Shown here: positions 30,485 to 39,932 of the stretch, in pieces
Layout: each line of letters starts with the position of its first letter
How positions within the stretch are numbered: position 1 is the stretch's first letter
Assembly: GCA_958295715.1 (NCBI GenBank)
Contig: OY282371.1
Location: 1,406,267-1,470,266 of the forward strand
Source of the DNA: an uncultured Dehalococcoidia bacterium
GTDB lineage: Bacteria; Chloroflexota; Dehalococcoidia; Lucifugimonadales; GCA-2712585
Direction: 5' to 3'
DNA length: 64,000 nt
Program-made: the position numbers and the translations under genes
Notes under the pieces: model-generated
What the model was told of the DNA's origin: nothing
Database searches by the model: none
The model's input: the letters and a program-made list of their open reading frames with translations, nothing else

Positions 30485-32743
30485 CTACTTGCTAAGGAAG
30501 ACTTTGAATTGGGCCGGGTTCTGGCCGAATTTGGCGACAAGGTTTCCACAAGACAAAGTGATTCGCTTCGCCGACAACTGACTATTCAAGTACAATCCGT
30601 TTGTCAGTTGCTTAGGATTACCGAAAGGCCGTTTGCTTGGATGAACTGACGACGTATGAATCAAATACGTTTTGCTACTCTTCTTATCCGCAAGTTGGAT
30701 CCCCTTGCCACTCTCGGTAGTAAGCAGACCTCGTCTTATCGACCACTCGGCGGTCTCAAGGATGAGGCTAATCCAAACATCTTTAATCGCCTTCTCTTTT
30801 TCGCCTGGAAATCGAACGCGCTGCGGCTTTATCGACCTGTCTTTACTTCCCGTGCTCTTGTGCCACTGGCCAAGACCCTCAAAGGTCACCCACTCACCCG
30901 GACCGGTTGGAGGAAGGTCCGGGAGGTCTTGGGATGAGTCTTCAAGGACGCTTTCCTCCGATGAGCCGCCTGAGACCAGACCGACCTCCCTCGCTTCAGC
31001 CTCAAAGAGCCCCATCAGCCGGTCCCTAACCTTATTCAAGACAAGCCCTTTGTCTACCGGCTGGGCCTCTAGCTCGCCAAATTCTTTCTTCCAATCCGCA
31101 AGCTCTTTCCTGAAGCCCTCATCCCATTTAACGAATTGCCATGACCATTGTAGCCTAGTTCGTGGCTGTTCTGACGGTGGAAGCCCGGTAAGATGACGCT
31201 TAAACCGCTTTTCCAGCTTGTTCTCGTTGCTTAACTCCGACTCACGGGTCTCAATGTCGCGCTTCAACTCATCCATTCGCTGCTCACGAACTTTCACATG
31301 GCGTATCCGCTCATTCTTTATCAGGTTCTTAAGGAAGGGGTCACGGTCGGGTGAGAGTTCGTCATCGGGCTGCGGCATAGACGCCTCCTCTAGTTCTTTG
31401 GTAACAGACAATTTGGCCTTAATATGGGCGTCGTAGTGGCACCAATCGCAAACCGGGTCGTGGTTTTTAGGGCAGGATGCCTTCAACCCCCACCGCTTCC
31501 ACGCCCGCCACACGACACACCGGCCGCAGATTTCGCCGAAGGGCTCGCCGCAATGGCCGCACTGGTGGCTGGAGGCGGGAGATAGGCCTTTGCAGTCCGG
31601 GCAATGGACCACCGGGGATTCTCCGGATGGCCGCACATGTTCCCTAAGTTTTAACGACCACTCCCTGACTTCCTCCGGCAGCCCGTGGAGCGGCGCGTTG
31701 CCAGCCAAGTCCAGGACCAGACAGTCGCCACCGTCCTCTTTTGGACGCAGGCCGCGTCCCACCATTTGCAGGTAGAGGGATAGGCTCAGGGTGGGACGGG
31801 TCAACATGACACAGGCGGCGTCGGGCAGGTCGAATCCCTCGGTGGCTACGTCCACGTTGACCAGGGCTTTAAGGGTTCCCTGTTGGAACCGGGCTATGAT
31901 ATCAGCGCGCTCCTCGTCAGGAGTTTTACCCACCATACAGGCGGCGGGAATACCGGCGGCATTGAACTCTTCGACAAGGTTTTCGGCGTGTCCTACCGAA
32001 ACGGCGTAGACAACGGTTTGACGATCATCGCCATGGCTTTGCCAGAACCGCAAGGCGCCGGCGGTGAGAATGTCACGGCCTTCGTTCGCCCGTTCAATGC
32101 CCGGCTCGTTGTAGTCCCCCGTGCTGGCAACCGTCCCGCCCTTAATCCGCTCCTCCTCTGCCGGCGATAGGACCCGCGCCTTGCAGAGCCATTTGTCGGA
32201 CTGTAAGTCTACGACCTGAGGGCCAGAGAGCAAGGTTTTGAACAGGTGATCAAACCCTTCCTTCTCAGAGAGGCGCCACGGCGTGGCCGTCATGCCCAAT
32301 ACCGGACCGGGCCATTGCTCCATGGCCCTAGCCCAACCCTCGGCTGGGGCATGGTGGGCCTCGTCTATAATCATCAGGTCGCCGTCGTCGTAGCGGTCCC
32401 ACACGCTTCTATGGTCGTTGCGGCGGCTCACTGTCTGGGCCATGAGGATAACGACGCCGTTGGTTATTACCGGAGCGTCGGAGCTTGGAGTCCAAACGAT
32501 GTTAGCCGCGGCCGGAACCCCGGCTTGGCTCAACATGCTCTCCGTTTGTTTGGCCAACCCCTTGCGGTGGGTGAGCCAGACCGCTTTGCGTCCGTCTCCC
32601 AGCCACCGGTTCAACAGCGCGCCGGCGATTTGGGTTTTTCCGCCGCCGGTGGGGAGTTGCATCATAACCCTGGCGTCCGGACGAGCCAGGGCCTCATCCA
32701 CCTGCCTTAGCAACTCCTCCTGGTAGGGCCGTACTTCAATCAA
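30485..32743 (-). CDS. SF2 DEAH helicase (RadD/YejH-like) with Zn ribbons and extended C-terminus
   Basis: RPYQ, PTGGGKT, DEAH, TATP, EGFDLP, QMVGRGLR, several CxxC pairs. Confidence 0.9.
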   Translation of the reverse strand: MIEVRPYQEELLRQVDEALARPDARVMMQLPTGGGKTQIAGALLNRWLGDGRKAVWLTHRKGLAKQTESMLSQAGVPAAANIVWTPSSDAPVITNGVVILMAQTVSRRNDHRSVWDRYDDGDLMIIDEAHHAPAEGWARAMEQWPGPVLGMTATPWRLSEKEGFDHLFKTLLSGPQVVDLQSDKWLCKARVLSPAEEERIKGGTVASTGDYNEPGIERANEGRDILTAGALRFWQSHGDDRQTVVYAVSVGHAENLVEEFNAAGIPAACMVGKTPDEERADIIARFQQGTLKALVNVDVATEGFDLPDAACVMLTRPTLSLSLYLQMVGRGLRPKEDGGDCLVLDLAGNAPLHGLPEEVREWSLKLREHVRPSGESPVVHCPDCKGLSPASSHQCGHCGEPFGEICGRCVVWRAWKRWGLKASCPKNHDPVCDWCHYDAHIKAKLSVTKELEEASMPQPDDELSPDRDPFLKNLIKNERIRHVKVREQRMDELKRDIETRESELSNENKLEKRFKRHLTGLPPSEQPRTRLQWSWQFVKWDEGFRKELADWKKEFGELEAQPVDKGLVLNKVRDRLMGLFEAEAREVGLVSGGSSEESVLEDSSQDLPDLPPTGPGEWVTFEGLGQWHKSTGSKDRSIKPQRVRFPGEKEKAIKDVWISLILETAEWSIRRGLLTTESGKGIQLADKKSSKTYLIHTSSVHPSKRPFGNPKQLTNGLYLNSQLSAKRITLSCGNLVAKFGQNPAQFKVFLSK

Positions 32744-32806
32744 GGGATTTCACCTTGTGGCGCATTATCAAACCCATCGCTGGGCGTTGTCAAGGCGTTG
32801 TGCTCT

Positions 32807-33724
32807 TCAGGGCCTTGGCGGGGAGAGGCGGTATTTGACGACGCGGCGCTTGGGGCCGAAGGCTCCGGGCTGAATGAAGTAGACGTCGCCTCGGGAGTCC
32901 ACCCAAACGCCGTGGCAGGCGCGGTTGGCCTCCGAACCCCACCGGGCCAGCCGTTCGCCCTCCAGGGTCAGGACGCTGAAGAAGCCGCCGTTGTGTTCCG
33001 GCACGTAGGCCACGTCGCTGCGGTCCAGGTGAACGAGGGCCGGGCCGACGAGAGGCGCGGGCCAGACGGACAGGAACTCGCCGTCCTGGGTGAATAGCTG
33101 CACGCGGTCGTTCTCCCGGTCGGAGACCAGGACCCGCCCATGCCGGTCTATGGACACGCCGTGGGGAAGGTTGAACTGGCCCGGGGCCGCGCCCGGGGTT
33201 CCCCAGGAGGTGATGAGTTCGCCTTGGGGGGAGAACCGGTGCACGCGGCAGTTTGCGTACCCGTCGGCGACGAACACGTCGCCTGAGGGGGCCACCGCGA
33301 CGCCGGCGGGGATGTTGAAGGGGCCGCCGGGGTGGGTGACGCGCAGATGGGTGTCGGAGCGGAAGTCGTTGGGGTCGACGCCGGTGTCGGAGCGGTAGCC
33401 CCTGACGCCGATGGTCATGAGGGGCTTGCCCTCGGTGGTGAACTTCATCACCTGCCCGCCGTGGCTGTCGACGAGCCAAACGTTGTCGTGGGCGTCGACG
33501 TGAATGGCGTGGGCCATCCTGATGAGGCCCTCGCCCCAAGAGTAGAGAAAGGCGCCATCCCTATCGAAGACCATAACGGGGTGGTCGCCACGGTCGAAGA
33601 CGTAGACGCGGTCATGGGAGTCTCCCGCAACGGCGGCGGCGGTCATCTCCCAGCCCTGGGGCAGCCGCGCCCACTCCTCGTCAACCTCATAGGTGAAGGG
33701 TCCGGAGCCAACAACGTTACGCAT
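32807..33724 (-). CDS. NHL-repeat beta-propeller (PAL-like)
   Basis: Repeated FN.P.GVA...G..FV.D, ADGYANCRVH, SWG..G..PGQFNLPH, DRENDRVQ. Confidence 0.85.
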   Translation of the reverse strand: MRNVVGSGPFTYEVDEEWARLPQGWEMTAAAVAGDSHDRVYVFDRGDHPVMVFDRDGAFLYSWGEGLIRMAHAIHVDAHDNVWLVDSHGGQVMKFTTEGKPLMTIGVRGYRSDTGVDPNDFRSDTHLRVTHPGGPFNIPAGVAVAPSGDVFVADGYANCRVHRFSPQGELITSWGTPGAAPGQFNLPHGVSIDRHGRVLVSDRENDRVQLFTQDGEFLSVWPAPLVGPALVHLDRSDVAYVPEHNGGFFSVLTLEGERLARWGSEANRACHGVWVDSRGDVYFIQPGAFGPKRRVVKYRLSPPRP

Positions 33725-33854
33725 TTCGCGCCTCCTCTGTGGGCGCGGCGTCCTTCCTCATGTACCGCGCCAGTGTCAGGGATGCTATCATTGGGAGTAT
33801 GAGCCGTCAAAGGGCGGAGTGGGACTTCCAACAAAACTCAAGGGGGAATGCGGG

Positions 33855-34625
33855 ATGAAGACGTTTAGAGTGGCGATTTTGTTGTGCGGCCTTGCGGCGG
33901 TCTTGGCGCTGACCGCGGCCTTTGTAAGGGCGGACGTGGCGGAACGGGGGAGCGGGGCGTCGGAGGCCGCGCTGGGAGACGGGTATTCGCAGCGCGGCAT
34001 TCGCGTGACGGGAACGGGCCAGGCGACGAAGCCGCCGAACCTGGCCACGGTGAATCTGGGGGTGCAGGTGACGGCGGATAGCGTGACGGACGCCCTTCAG
34101 CAGGCCAACGCCTCTCTCGACGCCGTGCTGGCCGTGCTGCCCCTGTATGGCGTGTCGGACGCGGACACGCAGACCAGCTACTTCAACATCAATCCCCAGT
34201 ACCGCTACACGCCGGATAACGAGCGGGTCCTTGCGGGGTACCAGGTCACCAACCATCTCAGAATTAAGACCAGGGACATGGACGGAATCGGCGCCCTGAT
34301 AACCGACGTTGTGAAGGCCGGGGGCAACGCGACGCAGGTTAACGGCATCGATTTTTCCATAGAGGACACCGACGCGCTGGTGCGGATAGCTCAGGCGGCG
34401 GCGGTGAGCAGGGCGACGGCCCAGGCGGAGGAGTTGGCAAGGCTGACGGGGGTGCGCCTCGGAAAGCCGGTGTACATATCGCAGGGCATTGGAGGGTCCC
34501 CGTCGCCGCGGTTGCAGTACGGCGCGGAGTTTGCCCGCGACGTGTATGAGGCGTCGACGCCCATAAACGTAGGCGAGTTGGAGGTGTCGGTGACGGTGGA
34601 GGCGCTGTTCGCCATTGAGTACTAG
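33855..34625 (+). CDS. SIMPL (DUF541) domain protein
   Basis: Signal-like N-terminus, IRVTGTG, P.LATVNLGV, INPQY, GYQVTN, A.ELA. Confidence 0.85.
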   Translation: MKTFRVAILLCGLAAVLALTAAFVRADVAERGSGASEAALGDGYSQRGIRVTGTGQATKPPNLATVNLGVQVTADSVTDALQQANASLDAVLAVLPLYGVSDADTQTSYFNINPQYRYTPDNERVLAGYQVTNHLRIKTRDMDGIGALITDVVKAGGNATQVNGIDFSIEDTDALVRIAQAAAVSRATAQAEELARLTGVRLGKPVYISQGIGGSPSPRLQYGAEFARDVYEASTPINVGELEVSVTVEALFAIEY

Positions 34626-34678
34626 GCCGTGGGGGGAACGGTTGCGTCTCCCCCCATCCGCCCTTCCCGCCTACTATT

Positions 34679-35220
34679 CCGTCATTCCCGCGCAGGCGGG
34701 AAGGGCGCGTGCGCCCACTTTGTCTTGACGAGCGTTCGCCCTGCTTTGGGCTGCTAGATTCCCGCCTTCACCTCTGTTCCGTCATTCCCGCGCAGGCGGG
34801 AAGGGCGCGTGCGCCCACTTTGTTTTGAAGAGCGTTGGTCCTGCTTTGGGCTGCTAGATTCCCGCCTCCCCCATCCGTCATTCCCGCGCAGGCGGGAAGG
34901 GCGCGTGCGCCCACTTTGTTTTGAAGAGCGTTGGTCCTGCTTTGGGCTGCTAGATTCCCGCCTCCCCATCCGTCATTCCCGCGCAGGCGGGAATCCATCC
35001 CCTCTTGACCTTGCGCCGGGACAACCGCTCCACGGCGCGCGCTCCCATCCGTATAAGCGTCCCGGGTTGGCGCCTTCCGGCTCTCGCCCACAGTTATTAT
35101 CCGTAATGGTTGGATGGTCTGTTCATCTGATGAGAGGAGGGAAGATGGATTCCCGCCTGCGTGGGAATGACGGGAAGGGGGGCGGGAATGACGGAAGGGG
35201 GAGAAAAGGGAATGACGGAT
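34679..35220. repeat. REP cluster with three ~95-100 bp tandem units and an inverted pair
   Basis: GTCATTCCC at 34681, 34781, 34877, 34972; inverted copy ~35147-35172. Confidence 0.92.
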
Positions 35221-35330
35221 AAGAGGGCGGGAGAGGGCGCGGGCATGGTGGAAGGAAGGCATGACGGCGGCGGCGGGCCGGTGCCGCCCCCGCCGCCGGG
35301 CCACCCCCGCCGCGGTGGTATAATCAGGGG

Positions 35331-36029
35331 GTGAAGCTCAAGGACCTGCACCCCTGGAACGTGACCCCGGAGGCCGCCAGAGGCATACAACGGCGACTGG
35401 CGTCTCAGGTGTCGCTCACATCCGAGGTTCCCGCGGGGGCGCGGTGGATAGCAGGGGTGGACATTTCGGGGGCCAACCGCCAGGGTCTCGCCACCGGGGC
35501 CGTAGCGCTCCTCGACACCGTCACTCTGGCCGTGGGCGAGGTCCGGACGGCCCAGGCCATCCCTCCAATGCCCTACACGCCCGGCCTCCTATCCTTTCGC
35601 GAAATCCCCGTCTTGGCAGAGGCCCTCCGCTCCCTCTCCGTGACTCCCGACCTCATCATGGTGGACGGTCAGGGGTTGGCCCATCCGAGGCGCTTTGGCG
35701 TCGCCTGCCATCTCGGTCTGCTGACGGGCGTTCCCACCATCGGCTGCGCCAAGTCCATCCTCACGGGCAATCACTCGCCGCTTGGCCTTGAAAGAGGTTC
35801 CCAAGCCCCTCTGGTCGACCGCGGCGAGGGGGTGGGCGCGGCCCTGCGGACGCGAAGCGGCGTGTCGCCGGTGTACGTATCCGTTGGCCACAAGATAGAC
35901 TTGGAATCCGCCGTTCAGTGGGTTCTCCGGTGCGGCCGCGGCCTCCGCATTCCCGAACCCACCCGCCTGGCCCACCAAGCGGCCGCCGGGCGTTTGCCCT
36001 CAACCGCCGGACGCTCGGATATCGTATAA
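35331..36029 (+). CDS. nfi: Endonuclease V
   Basis: AGVDIS, PYTPGLLSFRE, VDGQGLAHPRRFGVACH, IGCAKS, VSVGH, PEPTR.AH. Confidence 0.95.
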   Translation: MKLKDLHPWNVTPEAARGIQRRLASQVSLTSEVPAGARWIAGVDISGANRQGLATGAVALLDTVTLAVGEVRTAQAIPPMPYTPGLLSFREIPVLAEALRSLSVTPDLIMVDGQGLAHPRRFGVACHLGLLTGVPTIGCAKSILTGNHSPLGLERGSQAPLVDRGEGVGAALRTRSGVSPVYVSVGHKIDLESAVQWVLRCGRGLRIPEPTRLAHQAAAGRLPSTAGRSDIV

Positions 36030-36082
36030 TCTACCAGGGAACCCATCACCCGGCCCCGGGCCGGCCCGTCAGGGAGGAACCA

Positions 36083-37190
36083 TTGCAGGAACTGAGGCAT
36101 CAACTCCAAGAGATGACCCTTAAGGTCGGCCGGGTGCTCTCCCGCCTTTGACGTCTCAGCCAAGGAACGGGAGATAGCGAAAATCGAAAAGGAGGCCTAT
36201 GAGCAGGCCTTCTGGGACGACCCCCAGTCCGCTCAGGCCCAAATGCGCCGCCTGTCGCGCCTCAAGGAGACGGTCGGCGTCTGGCGCGGCATGGAGGAGC
36301 AGGGCGCCGCCCTTCTGGAACTGGTGGACATGTCCTTGGCGGAACAGGACGACTCCCTGGCCCATCAGCTGGCCGACGAGACCCACGCCTTCTTCACGGC
36401 CTTGGAGGAGAAGGAGGTGGAGATAACCCTATCAGGCCCCTACGACGACCGCCCGGCCATCCTATCGATACAGTCGGGGGCGGGGGGCGTCGACTCCCAG
36501 GACTGGTCCCGGATGCTCCTCCGCATGTATTTGCGATGGGCCGAGCGCCACGGCTGCCACGCCCAGGTCCTTGACCTGTCCGAGGGGGAGGAGGCCGGCA
36601 TTAAGAGCGCGGCCCTTGAGATAGACGGCAGTCTGCCCTTTGGCTATCTCAAGGCTGAAAAGGGCGTGCACCGGCTGGTGCGCCTCTCCCCCTTCAACAG
36701 CGACCACCTCCGGCATACCTCATTCGCCCACGTGGAGGTGCTGCCGGCCGCCGGTGAGGAGGACGCCGAGGTGGACATACGCCCCGAGGACCTGAAGATA
36801 GACTTCTTCCGCTCCAGCGGCCCCGGGGGGCAGAACGTGCAGAAGGTGTCATCCGCCGTGCGGCTCACCCACCTGCCCACCGGCCTGGTGGTTTCCTGCC
36901 AAACGGAGCGCTCCCAACGCCAGAACCGGGAAAACGCAGCCACCATCCTGAAGGCGCGGCTCCTCCAGTTGCGTATGGAGGAGCGGGCCAAGGAGTTGGC
37001 GGAGTTGCGGGGCGAGCGCGCCCCCGCCGAGTGGGGCAGTCAGATTAGAAGTTACGTGCTTCACCCCTACAAGCTGGTGAAGGACCACCGCAGCGAGTTC
37101 CAGGTATCCGACGCCGACGCCGTGCTGGACGGCGACATCGACGACTTTCTCAAGGCGTATCTGCTGGCGACGGTGGCCGAACAGCCGTGA
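36083..37190 (+). CDS. prfB: Peptide chain release factor 2, programmed +1 frameshift at CTT TGA C (36146-36152)
   Basis: TTG start after GGGAGG; +1 frame continues D-V-S-A-K...FWDD; SPF and GGQ motifs. Confidence 0.95.
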
Positions 37191-38080
37191 AGGGCGCCTA
37201 GGCGCCCCTTTAGTTTTGACGAGCGCCGGCCCTGCGTTAGGGGATGGATTCCCGCCCCTCCTTTCCGTCATTCCCGTGAAAACGGGAATCCAGGAACCCT
37301 ACACAGCAGAACCAACGCCCCAAACCCCGGCGTCGACCCGTCGGTTGCGCCCTCAACGCGGGTCTTGGCCGTAACGGGACTAGCGCTTACCGGCGATTTG
37401 CGCTGTTGCCCTAGTCTAATATAGGGAGGAAAGATGGATTCCCGCCTGCGCGGGAATGACGGAGTGGGGCAGGCGGGAAGGGCGCGGGTGCCCGCTTAAG
37501 TTTTGAAGAGGGCTGTTCCTGCGTTTGGGGGCTTCCTGGATTCCCGTTTTCACGGGAATGACGGATAAGAGGGCGGGAATGGCGATTGCGCTAGAGTCTT
37601 GCCAAGGGAGGCGTGGCCTCCCGCTTGCCTGCTAAGGGGCCGCCAAAGCGTTTACCCTTTCCCGTCATTCCCGCGCAGGCGGGAATCCATCTTCCTTACC
37701 GCTGCTGCGACGCCTTGGAGCCACGCGTTGGCCGCCCTCCGGCCATTGCCCGCCCCTCCCCTTTTCCGTCATTCCCGCGCAGGCGGGAATCCAGGAAGGT
37801 TTCGACTCAAAACCGGCGCCCCGAATTCCGGCCTCGCCCGTAGAGGCGGTTCCGGCGCACACGCCCCCTCGTGGACGCTGCCGTCCTTGTCCCCTTGACG
37901 AAATGGGGGCATTCAGGGTCTTGGCCGTAAGGCCCCGGCCCTTACCTGCGCGGCGCGGCCCTGTCGCAACCAAGTAAGGAAGATGGATTCCCGCCTGCGC
38001 GGGAATGACGGAGGGAGGGGAGCGGGAATGACGAAGTGGGGCAGGCGGGAAGGGCGCGTGGGGGAGCGGGAATGACGTGG
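37190..38080. repeat. Large REP mosaic between convergent prfB and ribBA
   Basis: At least six palindromes (near 37266, 37436, 37538, 37663, 37767, 37985), including GTGAAAAC-loop variants. Confidence 0.9.
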
Positions 38081-38116
38081 GGGGTAGGCGCGGCCTCGCG
38101 CCGGGGGAGCCGGGGC

Positions 38117-39322
38117 CTACTCCGGGTGGATGATGTGGCCCAGCTTTTCGCGTTTCGCCTTCAGGTACTTTTCGTTATCCTTGGTGGCCTTCACCTCAAT
38201 GGGTATCCGCTCCACCACCTCCAGGCCAAAGCCGCTAAGCTCTGTAATCTTCTGCGGGTTGTTGGTCAGGAGCCGCATACGGCCCACGCCCAAGTCCACC
38301 AGAATCTGCGCCCCGGCGCTGTAGTTCCGCAGGTCCGGCTCGAACCCCAACTCCTCGTTGGCCTCAACGGTGTCCAACCCGTCATCCTGCAAGTGATATG
38401 AGCGTATCTTGTTGTGAAGCCCAATGCCCCGCCCCTCCTGCCGCATGTACAGGAAGGCGCCCTTGCCCTCCGACGCGATGGCCTTCAGGGCCTGTTCCAC
38501 CTGCTCGCCGCAGTCGCACCGGACGCTGCGGAAGATGTCCCCCGTGAAGCACTGGCTGTGTATGCGCACCAGGATAGCCTCGTCCGGCCTCCACTCGCCC
38601 AAGGTCAGGGCCATGTGCTGCTCCTGCTCAAAGGCGCTCTTGTAGCCGTACACCGTGAACTCGCCGTACCTGGTTGGAAGCCGGGCCTCGCCCACCCTCT
38701 GAGCCAGCTTCTCCGTCCGTCTCCTGTAGGCTATCAGTTGAGCTATGGAGATGATCTTTATGCCGTGCTCGCTGGAGAAGGACTCCAAGTCCTCTATCCG
38801 CGCCATAGCCCCGTCCGGCTTCATTATCTCGCACACCACGGCGGCGGGACTCATGCCGGCCATCTTGGCCAAGTCCACGCTGGCCTCCGTGTGACCGGGG
38901 CGCGCCAGCACCCCGCCCTCCCTGTACCGCAGGGGGAAGGTGTGGCCCGGCTGGGCGAAGTCCTTGGGGCTGCTGCCGGGGTCTATCACCGCCTTAACCG
39001 TGGCCGCCCTGTCGTAGGCCGATATGCCGGTGCTGGTGTCCTTCATGTAGTCGATGGACATGGCGTAGGCGGTGCCGTGCATACTGCGCTCGCTGGCCTC
39101 CCCCATCATGGGGATGTTCAGCCGCTCTAGGTACTCGGCGGTGACCGGCATACAGGGCAGGCCGCGGGCGTGTTTCGTCATAAAGTTGATGGCTTCCGGG
39201 GTCACCGCGTCGGCGGCTATGCAGATGTCGCCCTCGTTCTCCCGCTTGGCGTCGTCAACGACTATAAGGAACTTACCCTCCTTGTAGTCCTTAAGGGCCT
39301 CTTCTATCGTCGCCAGAGCCAT
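38117..39322 (-). CDS. ribBA: Bifunctional DHBP synthase / GTP cyclohydrolase II
   Basis: DD..RENEGD, TGISA.DR, RPGHTEA, RIHSQC.TGD...CDCG, QEGRGIGL. Confidence 0.96.
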   Translation of the reverse strand: MALATIEEALKDYKEGKFLIVVDDAKRENEGDICIAADAVTPEAINFMTKHARGLPCMPVTAEYLERLNIPMMGEASERSMHGTAYAMSIDYMKDTSTGISAYDRAATVKAVIDPGSSPKDFAQPGHTFPLRYREGGVLARPGHTEASVDLAKMAGMSPAAVVCEIMKPDGAMARIEDLESFSSEHGIKIISIAQLIAYRRRTEKLAQRVGEARLPTRYGEFTVYGYKSAFEQEQHMALTLGEWRPDEAILVRIHSQCFTGDIFRSVRCDCGEQVEQALKAIASEGKGAFLYMRQEGRGIGLHNKIRSYHLQDDGLDTVEANEELGFEPDLRNYSAGAQILVDLGVGRMRLLTNNPQKITELSGFGLEVVERIPIEVKATKDNEKYLKAKREKLGHIIHPE

Positions 39323-39325
39323 GAC

Positions 39326-39931
39326 TTATTCCGGGATCCCGGCTTCCCCTTGTCGCTGAAAGGGCAACAGACTTTCCACGTACTTGGCCAGAATGTCCAC
39401 CTCCAAGTTCACCAAGTCGCCCGCCCGATGCTCCTTTAGGTTGGTGTTTTCAAGGGTATATGGTATCACAGAGATGGTGAAAGAGGAACTGAAGGCCTTT
39501 ACCACAGTTAGGCTAATTCCCTCCACCGCCACGAACCCCTTCTCGACGATGTAGCGCATCAACTCCGTGGGGGCCTCGACCCGCGTCATCCCCCCCGACC
39601 CTTCCGGGTTCACCGCCCCGATGCGCCCGACGGCGTCCACGTGGCCCTGAACGACGTGTCCTCCCAGCCTGCCGTTGGCCGCCAAAGCCCGCTCAAGATT
39701 CACGGCGGCGCCGTCCTTCAGACCGCCCAAGTTGGAGCGTTGCAGGGTTTCGGGGGCCAGGTCCACCTCAAAGCCCCAGGGATGCAGGGCGACGGCGGTT
39801 AGACACGCCCCGTTAACCGATATGCTATCCCCGGCGGACAGGTCATCCATCACCCGCTCGGCCCGTACCCGGAGCCTGCCGGCCTCCGGGGAGTCCACTC
39901 TTCCCACCTCTTCTACTATGCCCGTAAACAC
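39326..39931 (-). CDS. ribE: Riboflavin synthase
   Basis: MFTGIVEE, NGACLT, VNLERAL, GGHVVQGHVD. Confidence 0.95.
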   Translation of the reverse strand: MFTGIVEEVGRVDSPEAGRLRVRAERVMDDLSAGDSISVNGACLTAVALHPWGFEVDLAPETLQRSNLGGLKDGAAVNLERALAANGRLGGHVVQGHVDAVGRIGAVNPEGSGGMTRVEAPTELMRYIVEKGFVAVEGISLTVVKAFSSSFTISVIPYTLENTNLKEHRAGDLVNLEVDILAKYVESLLPFQRQGEAGIPE

Positions 39932-39932
39932 G

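Noticed and set aside
24716..32743. Prophage or ICE
   Set aside because: No integrase, structural or conjugation genes, or att repeats seen
34679..34998. CRISPR array (also 62024-62330)
   Set aside because: Spacers are near-identical and too long, repeats occur in both orientations across the window, and there are no cas genes
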